Of a DNA stretch of 64,000 nt, positions 19,823 to 28,972 are shown piece after piece. The notes under the pieces were generated by a model. The model was not told the DNA's origin. It did not search any database and saw only the letters and a program-made list of their open reading frames with translations. How positions within the stretch are numbered: the first letter of the stretch is position 1; each line of letters begins with the position of its first letter. The translations under genes were made by a program, and so were the position numbers. Location of the stretch: the IMG/VR virus record IMGVR_UViG_3300006114_000006; one strand, given 5' to 3'. The stretch is from an uncultured virus (IMG/VR IMGVR_UViG_3300006114_000006) (taxonomy: Duplodnaviria; Heunggongvirae; Uroviricota; Caudoviricetes).

Positions 19823-20402
19823 CGACTTCGATATCCTTAATTTTGACAAAATTACCTGAAATAGATACTCTCTTTGATTCCCTATCTCTAAACGGATAAA
19901 CATAATGCTGAATCTCTGCCGGAAAAATTAATATCATTTTTTCCTCAGGATGAATGAGAGCCTGTGGTGGAAATAAACTATTTTTGTATCCAAAATTAAA
20001 TTGAATAGCACCCTCAACATAACCGATATCTTGTTTCTTTTTATAAAAATAATTGGCTCTAAATTTAGGAACTTTTAGATAAATCACATAAGACAATATA
20101 CCATAATGATCATGCATAGGCAAGAACCCATCGTGTGCTTGTACATTGATCCACTGATTTGATAATTTTAAATCATTGTTACCAACATACTGATTAACAT
20201 GACGACCAATCTGTTTATTATAGTAATCTCTATGCTCTTCTTTTAAAAATTTAAAATCTGCACCGCCATTCCAGAAATTTTCGTTTTGTTCTAGTGGCTG
20301 GTAATCTCCCAGATGGTTTTCATATTCGTCTAATAAAAATTTATAAAAATCATCGGAGATTGAACTTTGATATATTTGTATTCCAACTGGGATTAAATTC
20401 AT
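19815..20402 (-). CDS. Putative 2OG-Fe(II) oxygenase
   Basis: WIN...PMHDH..LSYVIYL...IFPA...HYVYPF...RVSISGN. Confidence 0.85.
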   Translation of the reverse strand: MNLIPVGIQIYQSSISDDFYKFLLDEYENHLGDYQPLEQNENFWNGGADFKFLKEEHRDYYNKQIGRHVNQYVGNNDLKLSNQWINVQAHDGFLPMHDHYGILSYVIYLKVPKFRANYFYKKKQDIGYVEGAIQFNFGYKNSLFPPQALIHPEEKMILIFPAEIQHYVYPFRDRESKRVSISGNFVKIKDIEVDG

Positions 20403-21037
20403 TTTACTTCCTCGTCGATGGGGTATAATTTAGCATCAAACGCCATAACTGTTCTATGCCCGGCTCCTTTCCAAGGATAAACCGTATGCGGAAGATAGCT
20501 TGGGAAAACAATTACACTACCAGGGTTTGGCGTATATTTCCAAGTGTCTTGCATAACAAATTTAGATATGTCTCGGTTCATAGGCAACTGAAAAATCAAC
20601 TGACTATCGCTGGGCTTTTTAGTTAACTCGTCTAATTCAGGAGCACTGATATAGATATTTCCACTAATGTGTGCGTTAGGGTGTACATGAATTTCCTGGT
20701 AATCACCTGACTCTTGTCTAATGGTCCAAATGCTTCCAACTACAGGTTTACAAAGTTTTAGATCCTGATGTCCGGATTGTGCTGTGACTAAATCCATGTA
20801 TCCTTGACAAATTTTTTCAATCCATGTAATTAACCAACTAACGTCTAACCCTAGTTCATTGGGATATACATGTACCTGTTGTCCACCTCTGATACTAAGA
20901 ATATCTTCCCCAGAATCGTTTAGTTCTGGATGGGCATGTAGTGTTTCTGCCAGGCTATAAATTCTGCTAAACTCCACAGGAGGAACTGTGTCGATAGCCA
21001 TAATAATTGGTTGAAAATATGCTACTTGTAATGTCAT
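20399..21037 (-). CDS. Putative 2OG-Fe(II) oxygenase
   Basis: GDYQEIHVHP..ISGNIY...VFPSYLPHTVYP...RTVMAFD. Confidence 0.85.
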   Translation of the reverse strand: MTLQVAYFQPIIMAIDTVPPVEFSRIYSLAETLHAHPELNDSGEDILSIRGGQQVHVYPNELGLDVSWLITWIEKICQGYMDLVTAQSGHQDLKLCKPVVGSIWTIRQESGDYQEIHVHPNAHISGNIYISAPELDELTKKPSDSQLIFQLPMNRDISKFVMQDTWKYTPNPGSVIVFPSYLPHTVYPWKGAGHRTVMAFDAKLYPIDEEVK

Positions 21038-21540
21038 AATAATTTATCCAACTGAATAATTTCATTTTGTCTCGATATCTCCTTGACAAAATATACGCAA
21101 TCAGGTTTAGCACCTTGTGAAATTGGTGTTGCTAATAACTGACTGTTTTTCATTTTAGGAAAGTACCATTTTACATCATTGTAAAAATTTACTATTTCTA
21201 TTTTTTTAAACTCTACCCTAAACGAGCTTAATGGGTTAAAACATAAGGCTTCAAACCCTCTGTCATTTAAACTTGTTAACGGTAAAATTTCAATGTCGCA
21301 TCCGCTTTGACTATCTCCTACTGCTATTGACCAATCCAACGGCATTGCAATTTCGCTGTCACCGATCCTTAATACCATTGCTGGTGCGTTGAAACTTTCC
21401 AAGAAGATTAATGGCATAAAGAAAAAATCTGGTTCAGCTGGATTACTATTGTCTAGGACCGCAAACCGTGTATTCTCATCCACTTCTTCTGGTAAGTTGT
21501 TCAATAAGAACGTTGTATTATCTAATGTCAGTATCTGCAT
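21034..21540 (-). CDS. Hypothetical protein downstream of uvsW
   Basis: AAGGA SD, beta-rich sequence, coupled to neighbours. Confidence 0.7.
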   Translation of the reverse strand: MQILTLDNTTFLLNNLPEEVDENTRFAVLDNSNPAEPDFFFMPLIFLESFNAPAMVLRIGDSEIAMPLDWSIAVGDSQSGCDIEILPLTSLNDRGFEALCFNPLSSFRVEFKKIEIVNFYNDVKWYFPKMKNSQLLATPISQGAKPDCVYFVKEISRQNEIIQLDKLL

Positions 21541-21546
21541 AATTCC

Positions 21547-23016
21547 TTATTTTTGCCAGTCCACTTTTTCTAAAGTAAATGGATATTTGGCGTCCTTGTA
21601 AAATTTTTTCCTCGTTGTGAGGTGACGCTTGGCAAATTTGCAGGTTGAAGTTACATCCCAGATCTGTACAAAGTCTTTGTCTTCTGCTTTCCTAATACCA
21701 CGTCCAATAGATTGGATAACGCGAGTAAAGCTCTTTCCGGATTCCAACAAAACCAAATTAAAGATACGAGGAATATTAATACCCACAGCGGCCACACCAT
21801 AAGTCGCCACAGTAATCTTATTGTCATTTGTTGCATGTCCTTTGTACTCCTCTTTACGATCTTTTCCCTTAACTTCGCCTGAAATAAACACAGCGCCTTC
21901 TATCATTTCTGTTAATAATTTGCCTGTATCAATCCTATTGACTAAGATTAATGTATTGCCTGAATCTGCGATGCCTTGAACAAGTTTACTAAAATATTGC
22001 ATCCTATCTTTGTTAGTGACAAGATACTTTAATTCTTCTTGATATGATTTAAACTCTGGTAAGTCTATTAGTTGTAACACATTTACATGTAAATTGCTAA
22101 GAATTCCCATCTCTTGTAATTCGTGTGCTTTGATGCCTCCGACCACTGGGCCAATGCTGGCAAAAATGGGTTCTCTTTCAAACGCATCTTTAGGTACTGT
22201 ACCAGTTAGTCCCCAACGTATAGGTGCATTACATAGATTCTGTGTGAGTAAATTCTTCAACACTTCTGCCTTGGCCATGTGTACTTCGTCAACTATGACA
22301 GTCTGGACACCATCGAGAAATTCTGCCAATGTTAGTGCAAGATCAGCATCCCAGTTTTTACTTTTCTTATCTAAAATATTAAGACTTTGCCAGGTACATA
22401 TAGTGTGAGTTTTACCTATATCTTTACGATCACCATAGTAAACTCCAACATCTAACCCAACGTTTACAAAGTCTTCTTCTGTTTGTGTGACTAGATCTTT
22501 ATTAGGAACTATGACTATTGAACGTCCATATTTTTCAGCACAATGCGCCAACGTTGCTGTCATAATAGTTTTGCCAGCACCTGTTGCAACTTCTTGTAGT
22601 GCTTGTGTATTGGTGAAAAAACGGTTAACAACTTCAACCTGATCTTCACGCAGTACAATAGGTTCTCCAGCAAATCTATGACCTTCTGGCCACACTTTTC
22701 CCTGGTCTGCCCAATAGTTTGTAGTCACCGGTTCGAACTGAATTTTACTAGTTTTTCTGAGATCGTCTATTTCCTCTACTTCAATATTTTGATTGTAAAG
22801 TATTTCAAGTATCTTTTCTAACTGGCTCAAATAACCGTTACCACCAAGACCAAATAGACTGACTTTTCCATCCCACCGACCTAGTTTATAAGCTGGTCTA
22901 TAACGTGCCGTAGGATCCTCATACTTGAATGTTGCGACTAATTTCTTGCGAATTTCTAAAGGCAAATTTTCAAGTTTTATGTTGACTTCGTCACGAATTA
23001 CTAATTTTACACTCAT
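21547..23016 (-). CDS. uvsW: SF2 DNA helicase UvsW
   Basis: WDGK N-terminal motif, ATGAGKT, DEVH, GLTGT, QSIGRGIR. Confidence 0.92.
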   Translation of the reverse strand: MSVKLVIRDEVNIKLENLPLEIRKKLVATFKYEDPTARYRPAYKLGRWDGKVSLFGLGGNGYLSQLEKILEILYNQNIEVEEIDDLRKTSKIQFEPVTTNYWADQGKVWPEGHRFAGEPIVLREDQVEVVNRFFTNTQALQEVATGAGKTIMTATLAHCAEKYGRSIVIVPNKDLVTQTEEDFVNVGLDVGVYYGDRKDIGKTHTICTWQSLNILDKKSKNWDADLALTLAEFLDGVQTVIVDEVHMAKAEVLKNLLTQNLCNAPIRWGLTGTVPKDAFEREPIFASIGPVVGGIKAHELQEMGILSNLHVNVLQLIDLPEFKSYQEELKYLVTNKDRMQYFSKLVQGIADSGNTLILVNRIDTGKLLTEMIEGAVFISGEVKGKDRKEEYKGHATNDNKITVATYGVAAVGINIPRIFNLVLLESGKSFTRVIQSIGRGIRKAEDKDFVQIWDVTSTCKFAKRHLTTRKKFYKDAKYPFTLEKVDWQK

Positions 23017-24206
23017 CGTCCAATCACCTTGCCTTCGAACATTGTAGGCTCATCTGCCCACTCAATTATGCAATCACAGCAGTTGGCATACACTGAAGTT
23101 TTACCGTGACGTAGCCCCATTTTTGTATCTAAGGTTATTACACTCATTGGCCGCCACGCATTTTTTAGGAAAAATTTCGGTAATTTTCCACTCATTACAC
23201 CGGCCACGATTGTGTCATTTGTTAAGTTATAATTATACTGTTTTTCTGAAATAAATTCATTAAATTTCTTACCCAATTCATCATTAGCCAATCTAAAATA
23301 AATTCCAGTGTGGTCAAAAATTCCATTTTTTTCCAGGGCATCTGACAAAATTTCGAGATTTTCTAGGTACTTGTTATTGACCATTGTATCGAATACAACC
23401 AGCAACGGTAGTCTTCTTAATTTTATCAAACTTTCAATAATTTCGGATAAACTGTGTTCATGTTTGTTGACCCATACTCTTGATTTTTCTCGATGAGCAA
23501 TACTTTCGGTCAAATTTTCACCGATTTTTCTGGCAATTTCTGGTCGATATTGGTACCGCATACTTCGGTCAATAATTATGTTTTGATCAATGGCGGTCTC
23601 GACCCCTAAGTCGTTAGTAATGTGTTTTTGGAAGTTGGTATTACTAATATTACCGATTAAAAATTGGTCACGAATTTCGTCTTCGGACCAAGATTTTATG
23701 GTTTCATAATGATTTTGTATCAGTTGGTCAACATCAAATTTGAATGGTTTTAGAAGTTCAAGTAAAAATACAATATTACGTTCTGTTAGGTCTGCGACAT
23801 ATTTTTTACCATCATCCTTGGTCAAAAAGTTTTCAATATTTTTAGCGTTGTCTACTAAAATTTTACGAATTTGTGAAGAAAATGTAAAATCTATGGCCAA
23901 TAGCATTTTTTCTTCATGGTCCGTGGTCACATACATTTTTCTTACCTGTTCAACCACTCTGAACGTCTTCGACCACTGAGGATCGCGATTGGCTTCAAAA
24001 ATTGCCTCGGAAAATTTCGATATTTTTTTGGAATTTTCTTGGAGAATTTTAAGAATTAGCCGACCTTGATTCTCAGTGATGTAGTTATGCGAAGAAATTG
24101 ACGAAAATAAACTCAGCAGAGTATTATACTCTTTTTTAGGCAAATTTGCCTGAGAATAATTGTCTGGTTCGTCAAGAATATTTTTTAATAATGTATCTAC
24201 GTTCAT
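23013..24206 (-). CDS. Hypothetical protein (start revised to 24206)
   Basis: Long ORF; ATG 7 nt downstream of TATACT -10 box; stop overlaps uvsW start. Confidence 0.7.
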   Translation of the reverse strand: MNVDTLLKNILDEPDNYSQANLPKKEYNTLLSLFSSISSHNYITENQGRLILKILQENSKKISKFSEAIFEANRDPQWSKTFRVVEQVRKMYVTTDHEEKMLLAIDFTFSSQIRKILVDNAKNIENFLTKDDGKKYVADLTERNIVFLLELLKPFKFDVDQLIQNHYETIKSWSEDEIRDQFLIGNISNTNFQKHITNDLGVETAIDQNIIIDRSMRYQYRPEIARKIGENLTESIAHREKSRVWVNKHEHSLSEIIESLIKLRRLPLLVVFDTMVNNKYLENLEILSDALEKNGIFDHTGIYFRLANDELGKKFNEFISEKQYNYNLTNDTIVAGVMSGKLPKFFLKNAWRPMSVITLDTKMGLRHGKTSVYANCCDCIIEWADEPTMFEGKVIGR

Positions 24207-24213
24207 ATGTGTT

Positions 24214-24242
24214 AGTATACACTTACTTTTTTCAAAGGTCAA
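24214..24242 (-). promoter_or_regulatory. Sigma70-type promoter TTGACC-N17-TATACT
   Basis: -35 at 24237-24242, -10 at 24214-24219, 17-nt spacer. Confidence 0.8.
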
Positions 24243-24250
24243 CCGGTTAG

Positions 24251-24283
24251 AAAAAAATAGGCCTCATATTATTTAAGGCCTAT
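24251..24283 (-). terminator. Rho-independent terminator after uvsY
   Basis: ATAGGCCT/AGGCCTAT stem with A-run. Confidence 0.75.
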
Positions 24284-24306
24284 GGTCATAATTTTGGACA
24301 AATTAG

Positions 24307-24762
24307 TTATATGCTTGCATCTTCCATACCAGCAACACGTAATTTTACAATATTTGTAATTTGCCACTGTTTTTGATCAAGTGCTTTAGTAATACCTAAC
24401 CACTTATTTCTTAACAGGGCAAATTCATTGATAATTTTTTCAAAGTCGACTACGTCTGCTTCACCTTCGACGAATTTTTCACAATCTCTGCTACTAAGAG
24501 CACGTTGATAATTCTCTAAGTATTTACGAAAGTGTTGGCTCTTTAGACGACGTAGTTCAATGTTAAGATACTCTAGTATTGCTTCGATTTCCTGTAATTG
24601 CATGAATCGTTGTTCAACGATGCCGGGCATTGCAGCCGCGGCACGTTCAACATTTCCACTAATCTTACATTCTTTCTTAGCTTCAACTAATTCGCTTTCA
24701 AAGAATTCAGCCGCATCTGGTATGTTACTAATATCTTTTGAAACCTTAGAATACCATCCCAT
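24307..24762 (-). CDS. uvsY: Recombination mediator UvsY
   Basis: Helical 151-aa protein ending KALDQKQWQITNIVKLR.AG; downstream of uvsX. Confidence 0.8.
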   Translation of the reverse strand: MGWYSKVSKDISNIPDAAEFFESELVEAKKECKISGNVERAAAAMPGIVEQRFMQLQEIEAILEYLNIELRRLKSQHFRKYLENYQRALSSRDCEKFVEGEADVVDFEKIINEFALLRNKWLGITKALDQKQWQITNIVKLRVAGMEDASI

Positions 24763-25001
24763 TAAAACTCCAATTCGTCGTAATCGTCATTGTCTTTTTC
24801 TTCGTCAACCTCATCAAGATAATATTCTATTGCATTATCTAATATGGTGTCGACGCCAGTAACCGCCTGCATGACTCTGTCAGGAACACCAAAATCTGCT
24901 AGTAGATCGACATATCGTTCTGCCGCCGCTTCTAGTTGTTTTTTATCAATGTACTCAGTAAAGAATACCCAGATATCGCTAATTTGTGTTTCAGTCAACA
25001 T
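24762..25001 (-). CDS. Small acidic hypothetical protein
   Basis: Coupled between uvsX and uvsY. Confidence 0.7.
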   Translation of the reverse strand: MLTETQISDIWVFFTEYIDKKQLEAAAERYVDLLADFGVPDRVMQAVTGVDTILDNAIEYYLDEVDEEKDNDDYDELEF

Positions 25002-26046
25002 TATCTTCTATCTCCTCAGGAATGGTTGTTGGTTTAACTTTTAAATGATAATTTTGCATTATCATATCTAATTTATCATCTTTCCATTCTTTTCGGTAAA
25101 ATAAGAATTCTTCACCGGAGGTTGGGTCAACATATTTTAATCTGTTGCCTTGTTGTACAAGTATACCTTGTTTTTCTAACATATCAACCATACCGCTGTA
25201 AGGATTCATACCTGTTTCATATGGAATCTTAATTTGTACAGTTTCAAAAGGTTTGGCATAACGTGTCTTCATAATCTTACATGCCGCACGAATACCATTT
25301 ACTTCTGATGTCTTGTTGCCGTCTTCGTCTTCTTTCAATTTCAACTTCTTCATAGCAACTACGATAGAACTTGCGTATACGAAGCCTTGTCCGCCTGAAA
25401 TTTTGTCATCTGGATCAAACATGTCTTGGCTTGCGTATGTGTGGTTAGTAGCAACTAGACCAACATTTAAATTACCAAACATATTAACACAATTACGAAC
25501 AAGTGCTGTCAATGCTTTAGGTTTACGACCCATGTCACCTTTCAAATCACCTGCTTCAAACTGATTAACGTCAGTTGGAGTTAGTAACATACCAAGGCTG
25601 TCTATGACAAAGAGGACCTTCGGACGGTCAGTCATTTCCTTGTATTCTTTACAAAACTCATTGATAGTTTTGGCAACATCGTCGATCATTGCCATGTTGA
25701 GTTTAAGAAGTTTTTCTTCTGATGTATCAACACCTAAATCGTGTAACCACTTTTCATCAAGTGCGTTTTCGCTATCAATCAAAATAACGTAGATACCATC
25801 TTTTTGTGCATTACGGATAAGATTACCTGAACAGATAAAACTCTTACCAGCACCGGACTCGCCAGCAAATACAGTAACTTTACCCAGTGGAACTCCTCGA
25901 TGGAAATCGCCACTAATTAGATAGTTAAGCGTATAATTGCCTGTACTAATCCAGTCTGTCGGGTCGTTAAACCCAACGCCAAGACCATCGATACTCTTGG
26001 TCAAGGTCTTTCTAAATTTCGATAGATCGAAGGCTTTTGTAGCCAT
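24991..26046 (-). CDS. uvsX: RecA-like recombinase UvsX
   Basis: GESGAGKS, IDSE, VIDSLG, NHTY, SGGQG, KTR.AKPF. Confidence 0.93.
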   Translation of the reverse strand: MATKAFDLSKFRKTLTKSIDGLGVGFNDPTDWISTGNYTLNYLISGDFHRGVPLGKVTVFAGESGAGKSFICSGNLIRNAQKDGIYVILIDSENALDEKWLHDLGVDTSEEKLLKLNMAMIDDVAKTINEFCKEYKEMTDRPKVLFVIDSLGMLLTPTDVNQFEAGDLKGDMGRKPKALTALVRNCVNMFGNLNVGLVATNHTYASQDMFDPDDKISGGQGFVYASSIVVAMKKLKLKEDEDGNKTSEVNGIRAACKIMKTRYAKPFETVQIKIPYETGMNPYSGMVDMLEKQGILVQQGNRLKYVDPTSGEEFLFYRKEWKDDKLDMIMQNYHLKVKPTTIPEEIEDNVD

Positions 26047-26060
26047 AAGTTAATTCTCCT

Positions 26061-26106
26061 AAAAAAGATAACTAGGGCGTACAACTAGGTTGCAGAGGCC
26101 CAAGCC
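26061..26106 (-). terminator. Hairpin plus U-tract between ssb and uvsX (terminator/attenuator)
   Basis: Minus strand GGGC..TGCAAC-cta-GTTGTA..GCCC then T6 directly before the AGGAG SD of uvsX. Confidence 0.55.
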
Positions 26107-26112
26107 AAGTGT

Positions 26113-27099
26113 TTATTGCTTTTGACGATTGCGAATCATTGCCAAGATGTCTTGGGCACGTGAATCGCCGCCGGCATCTGAGCTAGCTTCAGCTTTAGGA
26201 GCAGGTGCTGCCTTAGCCACTGGAGCTGGTGTTTCTTCATCATCGATGTCATCTGCTACTGGAGCCGATGCTTTAGGAGTTGCCTTGTTAGGATCACCAG
26301 TATTTTGGCTCATACCGGCTGGTTTGAAATATTGACCCCAACGATCCATATCATATGGCTCGCCGTCAACTGATGCTTCAAACATTTCCTTCATAACTTT
26401 CAATTCAACTTCGCCTGGTTTCTTAGGCAAGAAGTCTGTCAAGTTAAATAATCCAAATTTATCTTTGGCCGCAGTTTCAGCATCGCTTAGTGGACGCTCA
26501 CGACGTGCCCAACTAGAAGTTGAGTAGTCAGCGTATCCGCCCTTGCTTGTTTTCTTCATGCGATAGTCTAAGCCATGCACGTAGTCAGTTGGCAAATCTT
26601 CCAACTCTGGATCGACAAGTGCCGCACGAATTGATTGGAAAATCTGTGGACCGATAATGAAACGGCGAATTGGATTTTCTGGTTGATCTTCAGCTTTTTC
26701 ACCTAGTCCGTCTTCAACAACAAAACCTTGGAAAATATAACTGCGTTTCTTCCAGTATTTACGACCCATGTCTTCTAATGCTGGGTCTTTGAACCAACCA
26801 CGTACTTCTGTAAGGATTGGGCAAGTGTCGCCATACATTTCAACGCATGGTACTTGTACTGTGATGTTTTTGCTTTCAGATTCGCCTTTGATACCTGCAA
26901 AGGGAAGTTTGATCATTGCACGTTCAACCCAGAAAAATGTGTTATCTGTGTTGCCGTCTGGTAGGAATCTAAGTGTAGATTCGCCGCCTTCTTTGAGATT
27001 CCAAAACGGATAAATTGATTTATCTCCGCCTGTACGTTCTCCTGAACCTTTTTGTTCAGATGATTTTAATTTTGCTCTAATTTCAGCTAAAGTTGCCAT
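26113..27099 (-). CDS. 32: Single-stranded DNA-binding protein (gp32-like)
   Basis: LRFLPD, C...G..CPI, KYWKKRSY, GYADYSTS, acidic tail. Confidence 0.88.
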   Translation of the reverse strand: MATLAEIRAKLKSSEQKGSGERTGGDKSIYPFWNLKEGGESTLRFLPDGNTDNTFFWVERAMIKLPFAGIKGESESKNITVQVPCVEMYGDTCPILTEVRGWFKDPALEDMGRKYWKKRSYIFQGFVVEDGLGEKAEDQPENPIRRFIIGPQIFQSIRAALVDPELEDLPTDYVHGLDYRMKKTSKGGYADYSTSSWARRERPLSDAETAAKDKFGLFNLTDFLPKKPGEVELKVMKEMFEASVDGEPYDMDRWGQYFKPAGMSQNTGDPNKATPKASAPVADDIDDEETPAPVAKAAPAPKAEASSDAGGDSRAQDILAMIRNRQKQ

Positions 27100-27187
27100 A
27101 ATATTCTCCTATTGTTAGCCTGTTTGCTTTTTTATGTGCCTATTATTGTTTTACCAACCCTGATAAAACAAAAAGTGCATATACATA

Positions 27188-27216
27188 AGTATACGCACTT
27201 TTATTTATGTTTGCAA
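27188..27216 (-). promoter_or_regulatory. Composite promoter of ssb: TTGCAA-N17-TATACT with nested TAAATA
   Basis: -35 at 27211-27216, -10 at 27188-27193, late box at 27202-27207. Confidence 0.7.
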
Positions 27217-27253
27217 GTGAAATCTTGCTGGAAATATGAGTATTTTACTCGAA

Positions 27254-28312
27254 TTATCTGTGATGTACTAAACTTACCAAACGTTGTAATTCGTCAAATC
27301 CAACTGACTCTTGTACATCTTTTGTGAGTGGATTGAGTTGCGGTTTAGGTGGAACTAGACTATACGGATTAGGCTGAGTTGCGTTTGAATTATCAGCGGC
27401 CGATGGAGTTTGCTGTCCAAGACTCATTGTATTAGTATTTGGCATCTTCAATCCAGTACCATTACTAGCATTAGGACTTAATGCATCTAACGCACGGATA
27501 TCAACTTTTGTCCCATTATTGACGTTCCACCATAAAAATTTAGTTGTCTGTGGTGTTCCTGCTTTTAAATCTTTCAAAGCCTTATCTAATTCTGGGGCAT
27601 ACTGTGGAATCCAATCGCTTGGCATAATTTTAGGTTGTTTACTAGATGAATCCATATACTTGATCATACCATCTTTGCTGTCAATATATGCCGGAGCTGT
27701 AGTGTTATCAACGAATTTTTTAGCAGTTTCTTTTGCACCAGCATCCTGATCAACTACAGGTTCAGGTGTTGCGTTTGCCGCTTGGGCTGATGAATTAGAT
27801 TGTCCTGTAGTTGCCGCCTGGGCTGATGAATTAGGAAATTGCTTGTTTAATTGGTCACTACTATCCTGTGTTCGTTTTCCGATATCCTGTGCAACACCCT
27901 TGGCATCCATAATACTTTTAACTTGAGGAATTGTATCAGCATATTTTTTAGCAATTTCTATATATTTCGGATCGCTGAATACTACACCAGCAGTTTCATT
28001 TCCCCATATACCGTCTGCACCATACTTTGGAAAAATCTTGTTATCGCCGCTAGCTTTGACGATTTCATCTTGTAGAGCCTTAACATTAGGATTTTTTGGA
28101 CCAGTTTTTTTCTTTGGAGCAGTATTTGTTGATGATTGATTGCCTCCAGAAGGTGCATCATCAGCTGGTACTCTATTACTAGACGATTGAGTGCCGCTAT
28201 CTGGTAAATCATCAGCTGGTACTCTCTTACTAGACGATTGAGTGCCGCTATCTGGTAAATCATCAGCTGGTACTTTTGTACCTTCTATCAGTAAATCAAT
28301 CCATTGTCTCAT
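27254..28312 (-). CDS. Putative internal virion protein with peptidoglycan-binding-like domain
   Basis: NVKALQDEI...KYGADGIWGNETA (PGBD-like); 17-aa repeats; LIE near N-terminus. Confidence 0.65.
   Translation of the reverse strand: MRQWIDLLIEGTKVPADDLPDSGTQSSSKRVPADDLPDSGTQSSSNRVPADDAPSGGNQSSTNTAPKKKTGPKNPNVKALQDEIVKASGDNKIFPKYGADGIWGNETAGVVFSDPKYIEIAKKYADTIPQVKSIMDAKGVAQDIGKRTQDSSDQLNKQFPNSSAQAATTGQSNSSAQAANATPEPVVDQDAGAKETAKKFVDNTTAPAYIDSKDGMIKYMDSSSKQPKIMPSDWIPQYAPELDKALKDLKAGTPQTTKFLWWNVNNGTKVDIRALDALSPNASNGTGLKMPNTNTMSLGQQTPSAADNSNATQPNPYSLVPPKPQLNPLTKDVQESVGFDELQRLVSLVHHR
28156..28273. repeat. 51-bp coding tandem repeat (about 2.3 copies)
   Basis: VPADDLPDSGTQSSS(K/N)R repeated, nearly identical DNA. 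Confidence 0.85.
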
Positions 28313-28971
28313 TATAAGTACTCCCAAGCACCATTTCTAAAAATTATGTCCTTACCACTTTTTGATTGTTTTCGATCACCTTCTTTTGGGCCATTTGATT
28401 GGTTCTGTGTTTGTCCGCTTGACTGATTTTGAGTTTGCTGTGTCTGTGGTTTACTATTAGTAGCATCGACATATTGGCCACTGCTGTTAGTCTGATTAGA
28501 TCCACTAGTTACTACTCCGGTATCGGGATCATAAGTACCAGCTTGGGTGGTCGGAGAACCTGCATTGTAATTATTTGGATCAATAGTTGTTTTAGGATCT
28601 CTGCCTTGTGATTTTACTCCTAATCTTTCTAAGTTTAATACAAGATTAGTGTTTTCACTAGGAACTAGCTTGTTATCAGGCGTAGTATACCATTCTCCTG
28701 CATTTTTAATAGCTCCAGTTTGTCCGTTACCACCGAGCCATCCTAGTTTTCCCCACATTTTGGCATCCCCGACTGTAACCTTTTGACCTTCATTACCATT
28801 AGGATCGTTGCGGTCTTCATTTCTATAATCGTTCGCGCCAAACCAAGATCCTACAGTCTTTACAGGATGCGCCAAATATTTTGAAACGATTCCTGGACCA
28901 TCGCCTTCTTTCAATCTAGCTTGTAGATTACGGGCTGATTCGATTAATTGTTGTTCTGTGATTTTTTTCAT
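28312..28971 (-). CDS. Hypothetical protein, putative internal head protein
   Basis: MKKITEQQLIES...LKEG N-terminus; low-complexity Q/S/T linker. Confidence 0.65.
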   Translation of the reverse strand: MKKITEQQLIESARNLQARLKEGDGPGIVSKYLAHPVKTVGSWFGANDYRNEDRNDPNGNEGQKVTVGDAKMWGKLGWLGGNGQTGAIKNAGEWYTTPDNKLVPSENTNLVLNLERLGVKSQGRDPKTTIDPNNYNAGSPTTQAGTYDPDTGVVTSGSNQTNSSGQYVDATNSKPQTQQTQNQSSGQTQNQSNGPKEGDRKQSKSGKDIIFRNGAWEYL

Positions 28972-28972
28972 G

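Noticed and set aside
28156..28273. 51-bp repeats as a mini-CRISPR
   Set aside because: Contiguous in-frame tandem copies without unique spacers; no cas genes
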